64,000 nt of DNA from Octopus sinensis (GCF_006345805.1 NC_042999.1:156116001-156180000); one strand, 5' to 3'; counted from the first letter of the stretch, positions 46,801 through 60,291 are shown. Notes: generated from the sequence alone by a model not told the origin. Made by a program: numbers and translations.

Positions 46801-47925
46801 GTGAGGTTGGCACATGCACAGGCAAGGTGGAACAAGCACAAGTGAGGTGGAGCAAGCACAGGTGAGGTTCCACAAGTACAGGTGAGGTTCCACAAGCACA
46901 GGTGAGGTGCCACAAGCACAGTGAGGTTCCACAAGCACAGGTGAGGTCCACAAGCACAGGTGAGGTTGGCACATGCACAGGCAAGGTGGAACAAGCACAA
47001 GTGAGGTGGAGCAAGCACAGGTGAGGTTCCACAAGTACAGGTGAGGTTCCACAAGCACAGGTGAGGTGCCACAAGCACAGGTGAGGTTCCACAAGCACAG
47101 GTGAGGTTCCACAAGCACAGGTGAGGTTGGCACATGCACAGGCAAGGTGGAACAAGCACAAGTGAGGTGGAGCAAGCACAGGTGAGGTTCCACAAGTACA
47201 GGTGAGGTTCCACAAGCACAGGTGAGGTGCCACAAGCACAGGTGAGGTTCCACAAGCACAGGTGAGTTCCACAAGCACAGGTGAGGTTGGCACATGCACA
47301 GGCAAGGTGGAACAAGCACAAGTGAGGTGGAGCAAGCACAGGTGAGGTTCCACAAGTACAGGTGAGGTTCCACAAGCACAGGTGAGGTGCCACAAGCACA
47401 GGTGAGGTTCCACAAGCACAGGTGAGGTTCCACAGCACAGGTGAGGTTGGCACATGCACAGGCAAGGTGGAACAAGCACAAGTGAGGTGGAGCAAGCACA
47501 GGTGAGGTTCCACAAGTACAGGTGAGGTTCCACAAGCACAGGTGAGGTGCCACAAGCACAGGTGAGGTTCCACAAGCACAGGTGAGGTTCCACAAGCACA
47601 GGTGAGGTTCCACAAGCACAGGTGAGGTTCCACAAGCACAGGTGAGGTGGCACAAGCACAGGTGAGATGGCACAAGCACAAGTGAGGTTGGCGCAAGCAC
47701 AAGTGAGGTTGGTACAAGCACAGGTGAGGTGGAACAAGCACAGATAAGGTGGCACAATCATAGGCAAAGTTGGTACAAGCACAGGTGAAGTTGGCACAAG
47801 CACAGGTGAGGTAGCACAAGCACAGGTAAGGTGGCACAATCATAGGCAAAGTTGGTACAAGCACAGGCAAGGTGGCACAAGCACAGGTGAGGTTGGCACA
47901 AGCACAGGTAAGGTGGCACAATAAT
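46785..47925. repeat. 20-bp minisatellite (CACAAGCACAGGTGAGGTTC) with a higher-order repeat of about 161 bp
   Basis: The marker cacatgcacaggcaagg recurs at 46811, 46970, 47131, 47291 and 47451. Confidence 0.95.
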
Positions 47926-48374
47926 AGGAAAAATAAAGTACCAGTTGCACACTAGATTAGCTTCACAGACTCATAATTGTTGATTATGATTTCATGCAGA
48001 ATTGTTTAATATAAAATATCATTTGTGTGTGTATGGTCCGTGCATGTGTGTGTGTTCGTGTCCCCACAAAAAATTCATAAATAATGGATGTTGCATACAA
48101 CAAGGTTTACAAGGAGCTGAAACAGATATTTGTTAAATAGATATTGTGAAAGCAGAATGAAAACAGTACGACTGTAATGAGATCTTGGTTAGTTTACTCA
48201 AAAGAGCAAAGGCTGGATATAGCGATTTTATTTGTACATTCTTTTCTAATTAACAAATATGTCATTTGTAACAAATGTGTTTTCTGATTAGCTGTATATA
48301 CTTACAACTTTAAACAGCAGGAAGATATGGAAGCACTGAAGAAACAGCATTGAAGACAAAGATGATACGTTGTG

Positions 48375-48612
48375 CTGAGCGAGGTCATTGCCAGTACCGC
48401 CTGACTAGCCCCCGTGCCGGTGGCACGTAAAAAGCACCCACTACACTCTCAGAGTGGTTGGCGTTAGGAAGGGCATCCAGCTGTAGAAACTCTGCCAAAT
48501 CAAGATTGGAGCCTGGTGCAGCCATCTGGTTTGCCAGCCCTCAGGCAAAATCGTCCAACCCATGCTAGCATGGAAAGCGGACGTTAAATGATGATGATGA
48601 TGATGATGATGA
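48375..48612 (+). mobile_element. RTE 3' end
   Basis: Distal module plus (GAT)n. Confidence 0.85.
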
Positions 48613-49342
48613 ACATAAGCTTTTATTTGATATTAGTCATGGTTTCAACATGAAGAGCTCAGAGAACTCTTTAAAAACATTAAAAGACATGTAGACTATG
48701 TACCATGTAAAGACTATTCAAGTAATCCTATAGAAGATAAGCAATATCCATTGGACATGAAGTTTTTGACATTTTCAAGAACTGCCTGTTTTTTTTTGTT
48801 GTTTGTTTTTCCTGAATATCCCAATATGCTTAAAATAACATTTTCTGGAGGATTTTAAACACAGGATAATCTAAATTTAGAGCCTAAGTGTAAGCAGATG
48901 GTAACCACATTATGAAGCAGTAAACAATTAACAATTGATACACCGGGATTTTACAAACTCTCAAATATATATTTGAAAACTGGAAAGAAAAGCTTGAATG
49001 AGACACAAAGAATTCATACTTGATAAAGTTGGACTTAGGAAATACTCTTGCAACAGTAGCTTAGGAAGAAGAGTTGGAGAATTTCCTCAAAACGAGAAAC
49101 TCCAAATCTCTGGTTTTTGATGTATCTGAAAGTTATTTTCTATAATGTTTATTTTTGTTCATAAAAGAGAAAAGTTAGACAAGACTGCACTCTAGAAATC
49201 ACAAATAACAATGTTTGAATGAAGACAGCACCTCAAGTTATTCTCAGCGCTACAAGGAAATTATCAGATAGAGCAAGGAGTATTGCTTCTTTGAGATGAG
49301 ATAAATTTAAGATAGCAATTCTAAATCAAATCTATAACTTAT

Positions 49343-49758
49343 ATGCACAGGAGTGGCTGTGTGGTAAGTAGCTTACTTACCAACCACATGGTTCTGGATT
49401 CAGTCCCATTGCGTGGCACCTTGCGCAAGCGTCTTCTACTATAGCCCCGGGCCAACCAAAGCCTTGTGAGTGGATTTGGTAAACAGAAACTGAAAGAAGC
49501 CCATCGTGTATATATAAATATATATATATATATATACGTATGTGTGTGTATATATTTGTGTGTCTGTGTTTGTCCCCCCAGCATTGCTTGACAACCGATG
49601 CTAGTGTGTTTACGTCCCCGTAACTTAGTGGTTCGGCAAAAGAGACCGATAGAATAAGTACTAGGCTTACAAATACTAAGTCCTAGGGTCGATTTGCTCG
49701 TCTAAAGGTAGTGCTCCAGCATGGCCACAGTCAAATGACTGAAACAAGTAAAAGAGTA
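49343..49758 (+). mobile_element. SINE family C
   Basis: Full copy. Confidence 0.88.
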
Positions 49759-50221
49759 ACTGTTTGGTAGTTTGCTTATATAAGATTGGCTTGTATGAGC
49801 AGATTGCAAAACAAATTCAAGTTCCTCTTAGAATTGGTAACCAATACTGAAATTGATGAAGGTGATATTAAACTTATCATTACAAAGATAACACTGACCA
49901 CAAATTAGTAAACGAATGTTATCAGTTCAGAGACTATTAGCAACTTAGGAAACCTCAGAACACAAAAGAAAATATGTCATCCAAAATGCAATACATAGGA
50001 ATTCTTCAACTTATTTTTGAGCAACACTTCACTGAAATGTTCTGCAATGTTACTACTACACTTGAGCTGTACTTGATAATGTCTAACCAGAGTTGTGAAT
50101 CAGAAAGGAATTTCTCAAAATGAGTCTTTATAAAGAACAAATTTTGGTTTAGCTGAAAAGTGCATAAATTCTTCATCCATAAAATAGAGTAAAGACACCC
50201 TTTGGTCATGAATAACCATGG

Positions 50222-50512
50222 GATTGCATCTAGAAAGTTACCCTCTGAAGCAAGGTTCTTTGTAGAAGACTAGCAGTCGCTCATGCATACCAGCCTCCTC
50301 TTTCCAAGCCACTGATGTTGTCCAAGGTAATGGCAAAGGCCAATACAGCATGGCAACAATGATGTCGCAACTCGTTTCTACAGCTGAATGAACTGGAGCA
50401 ATGTGAAATAAAGTGTCTTGCTCAAGAACACAACACACAGCCCGGTCCGGGAATCGAACTCACAATGTCACGATTGTAAGCCTGATGCTCTAACCACTGA
50501 GCCATGTGACTT
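50222..50512 (-). mobile_element. SINE family E
   Basis: Reverse complement of 31078-31392. Confidence 0.82.
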
Positions 50513-50599
50513 CACAATCAATAAAATATTTCTTAGAAAAACATTACAATGAAGTTCTCATACTACAAAGAGTACATGCATTCTTTTATACCTTCATTC

Positions 50600-50978
50600 A
50601 TTTCAGTTATTTGACTGCGGCCATGCCGGAGCACTGCCTTTAGTTGAACAAATCAACCCCAGGACTTATTCTTTGTAAGCTTAGTGCTCATTCTATCGGC
50701 CTATTTTGCTGAGCCACTAAGTTACGGGGACGCAAATACACTACCATTGGTTGTCAAACGATGGTGGCTGGGGGGGGAGGAACACAGACATACACACACA
50801 CACATATATAAATATGACAAGCTTCTTTCAGTTTCCGTCTACCAAATCCACTCACAAGGATTTGGTCAGCCCGAGGCTATAATAGAAGACACTTGACCAA
50901 GGTGCCATGCAGTGGGACTGAACCTGGAACCATGTGGCTGGTAAGCAAGTGACTTACCACACAGCCACTCCTGCGCCT
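50600..50978 (-). mobile_element. SINE family C
   Basis: Full copy. Confidence 0.85.
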
Positions 50979-51159
50979 TACAAAAATCAAAAAATAAATA
51001 ATAGAGAAAAAGGATTTTGTAAAATGCACTTTATGTAGTATGTATGTATGTATGCCTATAGGGGTATGAAAAGATTATATTTGCAGTGGTCCTCCTGTTT
51101 TACAGCAACCATTCTACAATGCTTGACGTAGTATATAAACCATTCCTAGTATTCATCCA

Positions 51160-51510
51160 CTTGGCCGTTGCCAACCTACCCTGGCACATGTGCCAGTGGC
51201 ATGTAAAAAGCACCATCCGTACGTGGCCAATGCCAGCACCGCCTTGACTGGCTTCTGTGCCGGTGGCACATAAAAAGCACCAACCGATCATGGCCGTTGC
51301 CAGCCTCCCCTGGCACCTGTGCCGGTGGCATGTAAAAAGCACCCACTACACTCACGGAGTGGTTGGCGTTAGGAAGGGCATCCAGCTGTAGAAACACTGC
51401 CAGATCAGACTGGAGCCTGGTGCAGCCTCCAGGCTTCCCAGGCCCCGGTCGAACCGTCCAACCCATGCTAGCATGGAAAACGGACATTAAACGATGATGA
51501 TGATGATGAC
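51160..51510 (+). mobile_element. RTE 3' end
   Basis: Distal module plus (GAT)n. Confidence 0.85.
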
Positions 51511-51899
51511 TTTGACATGTGAGGTGACCCAGTACAGCAAGTTTAATGAAACTGAGATATAAGCAGTTGAATTGTTAAAAAGGACTGTGATCTACCATGG
51601 AAGAAAATTATTGAGATCAGTCAGACCTAGTTACTAGTAGGAAGAGGTACATTGCATGGCTCCATTTTCAAGAACCTCACTCATCACCTTGTTCTCTGTC
51701 TTTAAGACCTCCAACAAGTTCCAAAGGTGCTTACTTGCAAAGGCAGCGTTACCTTTCAAAATTTGTTAGATGTTGCCCTATTATCACAGGTTGTGAAGGG
51801 CCCTTCTACTAATTGCTTAAGTTTCAGGCCCCACAAAATATAGGCCCACCACTGTAAATAAATATACGAGTTTGTGCAAGTACATGTGTGTGTGTAATT

Positions 51900-52290
51900 A
51901 CCTGGACTTATCAAAGAAGCTTGAGATGCAGTTGGATGGAACTTACACTCACCTCCTTATGAGAGCTCAAAATCTCTCGTGGAAGCGTCATCCAACCAAA
52001 ATGCAAATATATGGGAAACTACCACCTGTGTCATCTCTCGTGAAAGGTAGGAGAGTCCAGTTTGCTGGACATTGTTGTAGAGCTGAAAACGAGGCTATTT
52101 CTACTCTTCTCCTCTGGAAGTCATCTACTCGCAACACCAGAGGGCGCACACTCTCCTACCCTGATGTAATCTCCAGGGATACAGGCATCCAGCAACAGGA
52201 CCTCCGTAATGCTATGATGGACCGTGAAGTCTGGCGTAGCATAGTAAATTCCATTGTCTCGACCACGGTCGAACAATGATGATGATTATG
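51900..52290 (+). mobile_element. 3' end of a second RTE-like LINE family (ORF C-terminus, short UTR, (GAT)n)
   Basis: LDGTYTHLLMRAQNLSWKRHPT...RRVQFAGHC...AMMDREVW; a related degraded piece lies at about 62590-62790. Confidence 0.8.
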
Positions 52291-52593
52291 TAATTATAGA
52301 AATTTTTCCTTTCACATCTATACAGAATTTCCAAATGATTTTTCTCTTTCTGTTTTTTTTTTGATATTTCCTAATAAACTGGTTTTCCAACTTTAAACTT
52401 TAATAATGCAGGGTTACTCACCAACAAGAATTTTTAATCATTTGTATCTATATCAGTATATTTTTCAGTCCGCTTTTTATATTATCACACTGTGTTTATC
52501 AAATAGATAAGGTTTATCACTTTTTGATATAGGAGTATAACATGACACAATTACACTGGTACACGCACGCATGCATACACACACACACACACA

Positions 52594-52627
<34 letters not shown>

Positions 52628-52666
52628 CTTTCTCATGCATGAATAACATATGCAGATGCATACACT

Positions 52667-52955
52667 TCAAAACTTCATTGGTTTTAATCTTTGAATAATG
52701 CTATCGAAGTTTGGTCTTTTTTGAGGCTTATATTCCCAACACATTTTCATAAGCTCATAATGTTTTTCAGAACACTTTTCTGGTTTAAGAAGACGCTGCC
52801 CATCCTGCCATGCCCGTTTGTATTTTTCTTTGTCAAATTTTATGTTATGTAGTTCAGGCCATTTTCCAGAGGAGAAACATTCCCACATCAGCACACCATA
52901 ACTCCAAACATCAGCTTGAGTTGTGATTTCATTGTTAACAACTTCAGGAGCAGAC
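52667..52955 (-). CDS. tyrosine kinase last exon (APE, DVW, C-lobe, stop)
   Basis: ctaaag|[25 protein letters not shown]...RLKPMKF*. Confidence 0.92.
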
Positions 52956-54984
52956 CTTTAGAAAAATAAAGTGAGAGAAAAAGAGATTTTAGTTTCCAGA
53001 AATGATTCTCAGTCTCTTTCTCCAAAATGGAAAAAGGCTGAGTGAGGGAAAAACAAAAGATTAAAAAAAAAGATTTGTAATGTTATTATTGAAACCCGAG
53101 TTGCTTCTAAGCATAATTTCAGGCGTAATATCTCTAATAATTTATTACCCTATAATTGGGTTATGATTTGAGGTAAAATTTGGCTGCTATTCCTTGTAAA
53201 TTAGAACAAAAACAGAGAGCTTCCTTAGTTAGGCTATGATTTGAGGGATAATTTAGCTGCTATGTTGTGCAGTTCAAGTAACCATAAAGAACTTACTTTA
53301 TTGGCTCATTTCAACAATAACTATAGAGAAGGCTTATTAGTTGTACAGAATTATCAGTACAACTAATAAAGCAAGCAGAGAACAGTTCAAATAACTTTCA
53401 TTTCCAGCAATCATCACTCAAGGTCCATTTTCTACCCTGGCATGGGTTCAACAGGTGCTAGCAAACCAAAGGACTGTGCAAAGCTCCAATGTCTGTATTG
53501 TTTCTACAGCTGGATACCAGCCACTTTACAGATTGTATTGGGTGCTTCTTACATGGCACCAACACCAGTGAGGTCGCCAAGTAACTTGCAAGACAAGATC
53601 CCTCAAAATAAGAGAGGAGTAGTGCTGAGGAAGGTGGTTTTATGCCAAATGATGAGAGGTCAAAGTATGATAGACAGGAGTTGGTGTTTTGCTGTAGGGG
53701 AGATATATGGTTACCCCAAATAAAGAGTGAGATAAGATGGTGATGAAGATGTGTTAGGGCATACTTTCCTCTTCGTCATCATCATTTATAGTCTGTTTTC
53801 CAAGCTAGTATAGCTTGGACAGTTTGACAGAATCCAACAAGCCATAGGATTTTGTCAAGCTCCTATGTCAGCTTTGGAATGGTTTCTATGGCTGGATGGC
53901 CCTCCTAAATAACAACCACTTTACAAGGTGTACTAGGTACATTTTATATGGCACCAGCACTAGTGCAGTGCAGTTGCCAAGTAATTTGCAAGACAGGAAA
54001 GAATAAAAACAGAGAATATGGGACAAAAGGAAAAAGCCCTCTTAAGTTGTGATGGGGTGTCTGAGAGGGTGGAGAGGTGATGTTTTTTTTATGCCAGGGA
54101 AAGCAGAGATGTCTTGCTATAGAGAAAATACAGGACTACCCTGCATTTATATATATAGGTGGGAGCATCTGGTAAAATGTTAAGATAGTGGAAGCATGTT
54201 ACAAAAAGAAACAAATAAAAAACAAAACAATAAGAAACACTTCATACCAGCACAGTGGGAGACTGCGTTCAGATTTTACTTTATACACGTCTGAATCCAT
54301 TTGTTTGGCCAAACCAAAATCAGTAATCTTCACATGTGTGTCAACAGTAAGTAAAATATTACGAGCTGCTAAATCCAGATGAGTAATATGTTTTGATTGC
54401 AGATAATGCATTCCCTGGAAGAATGATAATAATAATAATAATAATGAGAAAGAGAGACAAATACTGTCAGATCAAATGACATGAATGTTGTGAGTAAAGA
54501 GGTTGAAAAAATCACCTAGTATTCCAAATTGAAAGTGGATATGGCAAGACTGAATGGAAAGCAAGAGGGTGATGTAAAAGTGATACTAGTGGCGATCAGA
54601 GCATTGGAGTCAATCCCATTAAAATTTCAAGACTTCTTAACGCAACTGGAAATCCCATGCAAGATTGATATCTTGCAAAAAAGCAGCCTTATTGGGCACA
54701 GCGCACATCTTAAGGAAAGTATTATCTGTTTATATTATATTACAATAATAATAATAATAATAATAATAATAACCCTTTCTACTATAGGCACAAGGCCTGA
54801 AATTTGGGGAGAGGGATAGTCGATTACATCAATCCCAGTGTTTCACTGCTATTTAATTTATCAGCCCCAAAAGGATGAAAGTCAAAGTTGAGCTCAGCAG
54901 AATTTGAACTCAGAGCATAGCAACAGGTGAAATACCGCTAAGCATTTCATCCAATGTGCTAACAATTCTGCCAACTCACTGCCT

Positions 54985-55048
<64 letters not shown>

Positions 55049-58000
55049 CAATGATTAACAAGTTGTGAAACCGTCGAATCGTCAGCGACTAAACCGGCAA
55101 CCACACTAAGCTTGCTTGGTGAGGAGGGTGGATTTTCAACTAGAAACAAAACCCAGCAAATGGCAGAGGAACTTAAAAGAGTCAATGGCCATCCCCAAAA
55201 CAGGTAGACAGAACTTGTGAGTTTTGGTTGGCAGTCTGTCTAGGAGAAGGAAGACTAATTTCAAAACCGGTGTAGATAAGACTCCTTAGTCACAGTGGTC
55301 AAGCCCAACTCCTATGCAAAACCAACAGAAGTTTGGGGAAAGGCAAGTATCTGATGCCTCCAAATAACCAGTGTTCCAGATAGGCTGTACTCATTAACCT
55401 TAGGTGGCAGGCAGCCTAGGAGAAGGAACACTCCAAGCCCAAAACCAGGGGAGCAAGGACCCTGCCGCCTTAGTGGACTACCTTCATAGAGATGGTGTCT
55501 CGATAAAAATTCCAGTTGGTAGCAACCTAAAATTACACCTCATTTGTGAGTGAAAATGCCAAGAAAAATAAATGACAATAACAGTGCGAACGGGACTAGA
55601 ACCAATGGTGAAAGTGCTACACCTGGCAGGTGCCCCACTGTGCAGCAGAGTGGGCCTGGTCGTAATCCAACAACTGCTAGCCATACTACAAGACACAGTC
55701 CTTGTACTGGTCAAATTACACAACGTGCTTGAAAATGCAAGTGGTCTGTTGATATAAACCAAAAGGTAATCCAGTGCCATGAGCAAGCCTTGCTAGACAA
55801 GAACAATGGCAAATGTAAAGCTGTCAGAAAAAGATCATTAGAACTAGGGAACCAGCTGGGTATGTTCCAGATTACTGAATATGGACTCATGAATCAGATA
55901 AGAATAATTCAGAATAGAGGCTTTCTTAATGAGGCCCAGATTCAAACAATCAGGAAAAGCCTCTGTAGTGGTGAGAATTTTGAGGAGAATAACATAGGTG
56001 AAGATCAGCGAATGTGTAGGCAATGTGAAGTTTTAGTGGAGGAGAGGCCGGCCAATCAATATAACATAGAAAACCCTAAATTATGAGAGGATACGACTGA
56101 GGAACAGAGAAACTTCAGGAAAAGACTCGAGAATATAAGAATTACAAGAACAGAGACCAAGCCGATGAATCTAAGAAGCTTCAATCGTAACAATGTGAAA
56201 CGCGTGACCCAAAAAGTTGATGAGATTCTGAAATAGATTCTGACAAAAGATCTAACAGAAACAAGGGGCTTGATCAGCCGCTTCAATTTTAGTAGGTGAA
56301 CTGGTTGGAAAGTAAGAAAGGAAAGTAGATGGACTGAAGGAGCCATGGTGGAAGTGAAGAACTGAAGGCGATATTCTAACTTTACGTAAAGATCTGAGCC
56401 TCATAGAAGAGTGGTCAAAAGGGCAATGGAAAAGAAAGTGCAAGGGCATATCTTGACGCAAGGTACCAAATAGAAAAGATTCAAAACTGTCATCAAAACC
56501 CTAAAATGTGTGCAGGCTAAAACATTAAAGGTACAGCGATACACTGACTGCATGTCGCAGTTCCAGCAAAACTGGTTATTCTCAAACAACCAGAGGCAGT
56601 TTTTTAAGGGCTTAGGAGGAAACAGAGAAGATAATACACCTCCTGAAGTAGAAGAAACCTGCCAATTTTGGAATAACATCGGGGGGTAAGAAGTTTCACA
56701 CAACTATAGTGCTGAGTGGATTCATTCCATGAAATCCGAACTCCATCAACCGGACGCTCCATGACAGAACCATGTGGGCATAACAACAGATGTCCTTGCA
56801 CAGATATCAAAACTGCCAAACTGGGAAGTAGCAGGACCAGATGGAATTCAAGGCCACTGGTTCAAGTGGTTTAGGTTAATGCACAAGAGAATTGTGTTGC
56901 AATTAAACAATTGCCTACAGAGCAATATAATTCCTGCATGGATGGTAGAGGGAAGAACAACATTGTTAATAAAAGATCAGTCAAAGGGCAGTGAAGTTGG
57001 CAATTACTGACCCATTGCTTGTCTTAACCTCCGATGGAAAGTATTGACGGGTACCCTCACAGGGAAAATATATACGTTCCTTGCGAAATACATACGTTCC
57101 TGCCAGTTGAACAAAAGGGATGCCAAAATGATCCAAGGGCACCAAGGACCACCTTGTGATAGACAAGGTTATAATGAAGAACTGTAAACAGTACCAAAAA
57201 CATTTATGCATGGCCTGGATAGACTTCAGAAAGGCTTATGACATGTTGCCGCATTCGTGGATTTTGGAAACAATTGTCATGTGTGGAATAGCTGTGAACA
57301 TGTGTGCACTGATTAAGAACAGCATGTCTAATTGGAAAACGTGTCTTTCCTGTAACAACCAGCACTTAGCCGATGTAACAATCAAAAGAGGTATTTTCCA
57401 AAGGATGGAATTTGTTATCTTGAAGTGTGCAGTGCTTATTTTGAAGCAACGGAAAAGAGTAAATTGTAGGGGCATAGAATTGCCAAATGGAAAGAGAATG
57501 GAAGACCTGGATGATGATGGGTACAAGTACCTTGGGATCCTGGAGCTGGACAATATCTTGCACAGAGAAATGAAAGACAAGGTCATCACCGCATATTTCA
57601 AGTACCTCAAACTTCTCTTGAAATCAAAGCTCAACTCAAGGAACCTTGTGACTGCCATCGACATATGGGCCATTGCTGTAGTCCAGTGGAGATTGACCAA
57701 CTTGATCGTAATACCCAAAAGACAAGGACAATGCATGGTTCCCTCCACCCTAAGGCAAATGTACACATGAAGAGAGGTAAGGGTGAATGTGGGCTGATAA
57801 GCATACGGGTGTGTATCAACAGTGAAAGAATCATGGCAGAATATTTGGTAAACAGCAAAGAAGACTTTCTTCAATATGCTGCTGGTGCAGGAGTTAACAA
57901 AAATGAACTTGAGAGTGTTCATGAATTCCAAACAAGAACAGCCAACGAGAGAGAAGAAACCCTACTCTGTATGAAATTATATGGTCAGTTCCACTGTGAA

Positions 58001-59328
58001 ACCAACAAATTAAAAGACTAGGAAGCATCATGGAGGTGGCTCCAGAAGGGTGACCTAAAAAAGAATACTGAAACCTAATCATCATGGACCAGACCCAGGC
58101 ATTGAATACCAACTCAATAAAAAGGAATATATACCAGACAAGTGCATCGGACCACTGCAGAATGTGTGGGAAGAGGGTCGAAAGTGTGACTCACATTGTT
58201 AGTGCTTGTGAAAGTCTTGCACAGAAGAAGTGTAGACATGACAAAGTAGCCCCAAACCTCCACTGGCTACTATGCCGTAAGTATGGATATGAGGTTATGG
58301 GTGCTCGGTACCAACATACACTGGAAAAGGTAATGGACAAAAAGGGGAAGGCAAAATCCTCTGGAACTTTGATTTCCAGACAAAGTGTTAGAACACTGAA
58401 GGCCAGATATAGTAACCTTTAGGAGAGACAAACAAGAATGCCTAATAATCGATGTAGCAGTGCCAGCAGATCAACTCATCATCATGAAGGAAAGAGAAAA
58501 AGTTGATAAATATGGAGACCTGAGAATTGAGATCACTAATTTTTGGCAAGGATTAACATCAAGAGAGGTATATATTTCAAGAAGCTGGCCTAACACTATT
58601 GTTGTTTGTGATTTGTATGATACCCCTAGCACAGATACTATGAAAAGTGACATTGGGGTATACATTGGGGTATATCATCATCATCATCGTTTAACATTCG
58701 CTTTCCATGCTAGCATGGGTTGGACGGTTCGACTGGGGTCTGGGAAGCCAGGAGGCTGCACCAAGCCCAGTCTGATCTGGTAGTGTTTCTACAGCTGGAT
58801 GCCCTTCCTAATGCCAACCACTCCGTGAGTGTAGTGGGTGCTTTTTACGTGCCACCGGCACAAGTGCCAGGCGAGGCTGGCAATGGCCACGATCAGTTGG
58901 TGCTTTTTACATACCACCAGCACGGAGGCCAGTCAAGGCGGCGCTGGCAACAGCCATGTTCGGATGGTTCTTTGACGTGCTATCGGCACTGGTATAACAA
59001 CTGCAATTTCCATTGATTTTTTATCAATTTCGATTTCACTTGCCTCAACAGGTCTTCACAAGCAGTATGCATATCGAAACTGTGTAGTTGGGAGTGAAAC
59101 TTCTTAATCATACAACCATGCTAATTTTTTTGTGGATAACAGAATGAGGCAGTAACAGTTCTGAAATCTGTTTGGACAATGCAAAGTTGAATGACATTTC
59201 TCAGATTATACACACCTCAGCAATTTCAATCAGGATTGTTTTGATGCTAACCATGGTGCTCTTATTTGATTTAAGCCATTTTGATAGGTCTGAACCATCG
59301 ATGTACTCCAAAATAATGCCGGATGGAT
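52667..59328 (-). CDS. protein tyrosine kinase, loosely JAK-like; last three coding exons, 5' part not found in window
   Basis: Exons 59328-59216, 54414-54248 and 52955-52667 join in frame (GT-AG): [11 protein letters not shown]...[26 protein letters not shown]...KITDFGLAK...LPLCWSAPE...[15 protein letters not shown]...[10 protein letters not shown]...[13 protein letters not shown]. Confidence 0.9.
54248..54414 (-). CDS. tyrosine kinase exon (catalytic loop, DFG)
   Basis: ttccag|GMHYL...[11 protein letters not shown]...DFGLAK...LPLCW|gtatg. Confidence 0.92.
54480..54770 (+). mobile_element. R4/Dong-like non-LTR element 3' fragment between (TAA)n tracts
   Basis: [15 protein letters not shown]...[17 protein letters not shown] resembles the C-terminus of restriction-like-endonuclease elements; (TAA)n on both sides. 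Confidence 0.65.
54772..54986 (-). mobile_element. SINE family D (short variant)
   Basis: Matches the reverse complement of 16480. Confidence 0.75.
55044..58600 (+). mobile_element. degraded R4/Dong-clade non-LTR retrotransposon (RT + CCHC + restriction-like endonuclease)
   Basis: [78 protein letters not shown]...KVDKYGDL; many stops and frameshifts; preceded by (TAA)n at 54988-55043. Confidence 0.85.
58676..59065 (-). mobile_element. RTE 3' end
   Basis: (CAT)n, distal module, ttcacttgcctcaacaggtcttcacaag. Confidence 0.87.
59216..59328 (-). CDS. tyrosine kinase exon (subdomains V-VIa)
   Basis: cttcag|[37 protein letters not shown]|gtgtg on the - strand. Confidence 0.85.
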
Positions 59329-59404
59329 CTGAAGAAGATCAAAAAACAAATTTTAGGATTTGGCTACACTAAACAAATTCAAATGAAAATATAAAGAAAA
59401 GCAA

Positions 59405-60099
59405 TAAAGACTGGGAAAGTCGAAATCACACTGATATCAAGAAATCCTCTTGCGAGCGTGACCTAGGCATCACTGTCAGCAGTGATTTGCGTTGGACAAA
59501 GCATATCTCTAAAATTGTCAAGAAGGCCGAGGGTGTCTTGGCATCACTCAGCAAGACTTTTGTTAGCCGCTCTCCAGCCATCTATTTAAAACTGTATACA
59601 GCTATGGTACGACCACACTTGGAATTCGCATCATCAGTTTGGAATCCCTATCTTGCTCAGAACATTGACCTCCTGGAATCTGTCCAGAGACGTGCAACCA
59701 AACGCATACCCTCCATCAGACACCTACCATATTCTGAGCGCCTTGTTTCCCTGGGCATGGATTCACTGAAGCTCCGGCATCTGGCGACGGACTTGGTAAA
59801 CACCCACAAGGTTATCAACCACCTCACCAACAACAACACTGAACACCTTTTTGATCTCCATGTGTCTAACACACGTGGACATGCCTACAAAGTCAGAAAA
59901 CAACACAGCTCCCATGACTTTCGGAAACATTTTTTCACGCTCAGAGTTGCTGAAGCATGGAATAAACTGCCTGCGTCAGTTGTTGACTGCCATGACACTG
60001 CATCCTTTAAGGCCCTCATGCTTTCCGAAATCCGCCGAAACTACACCTGATTATATATACACTTTAGATGAGTTGTAGTGCACCTGAGCACTGTACACA

Positions 60100-60125
<26 letters not shown>
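59405..60125 (+). mobile_element. CR1-clade LINE 3' portion
   Basis: CERDLGI, RPHLEFASSVWNPY...LESVQRRATK, FFTLRVAEAWNKLP; (ATT)n tail. Confidence 0.9.
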
Positions 60126-60130
<5 letters not shown>

Positions 60131-60291
60131 TCTTACAAGAAAATTATATGACAAATCTTAGTCATATTCAGTGTAACAGATTCTATAAACCTCTTGCAGA
60201 TTTAGTACTGACAATCTGTGTTGTGTACTGGTATTAGGCTGTACAGCAACTACATAATTTTTCCTACAAGGAATTTTACACGCCGCCCCGA

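Noticed and set aside
46621-47921. Three long - strand ORFs (355-379 aa, Cys/Leu/Pro-rich)
   Set aside because: They are open only because the 20-bp monomer lacks stop codons on that strand; all three frames are open and purely repetitive.
54370-54385. A-to-I editing restoring HRD in the kinase
   Set aside because: CTG to CGG needs U-to-G, which ADAR editing cannot produce.
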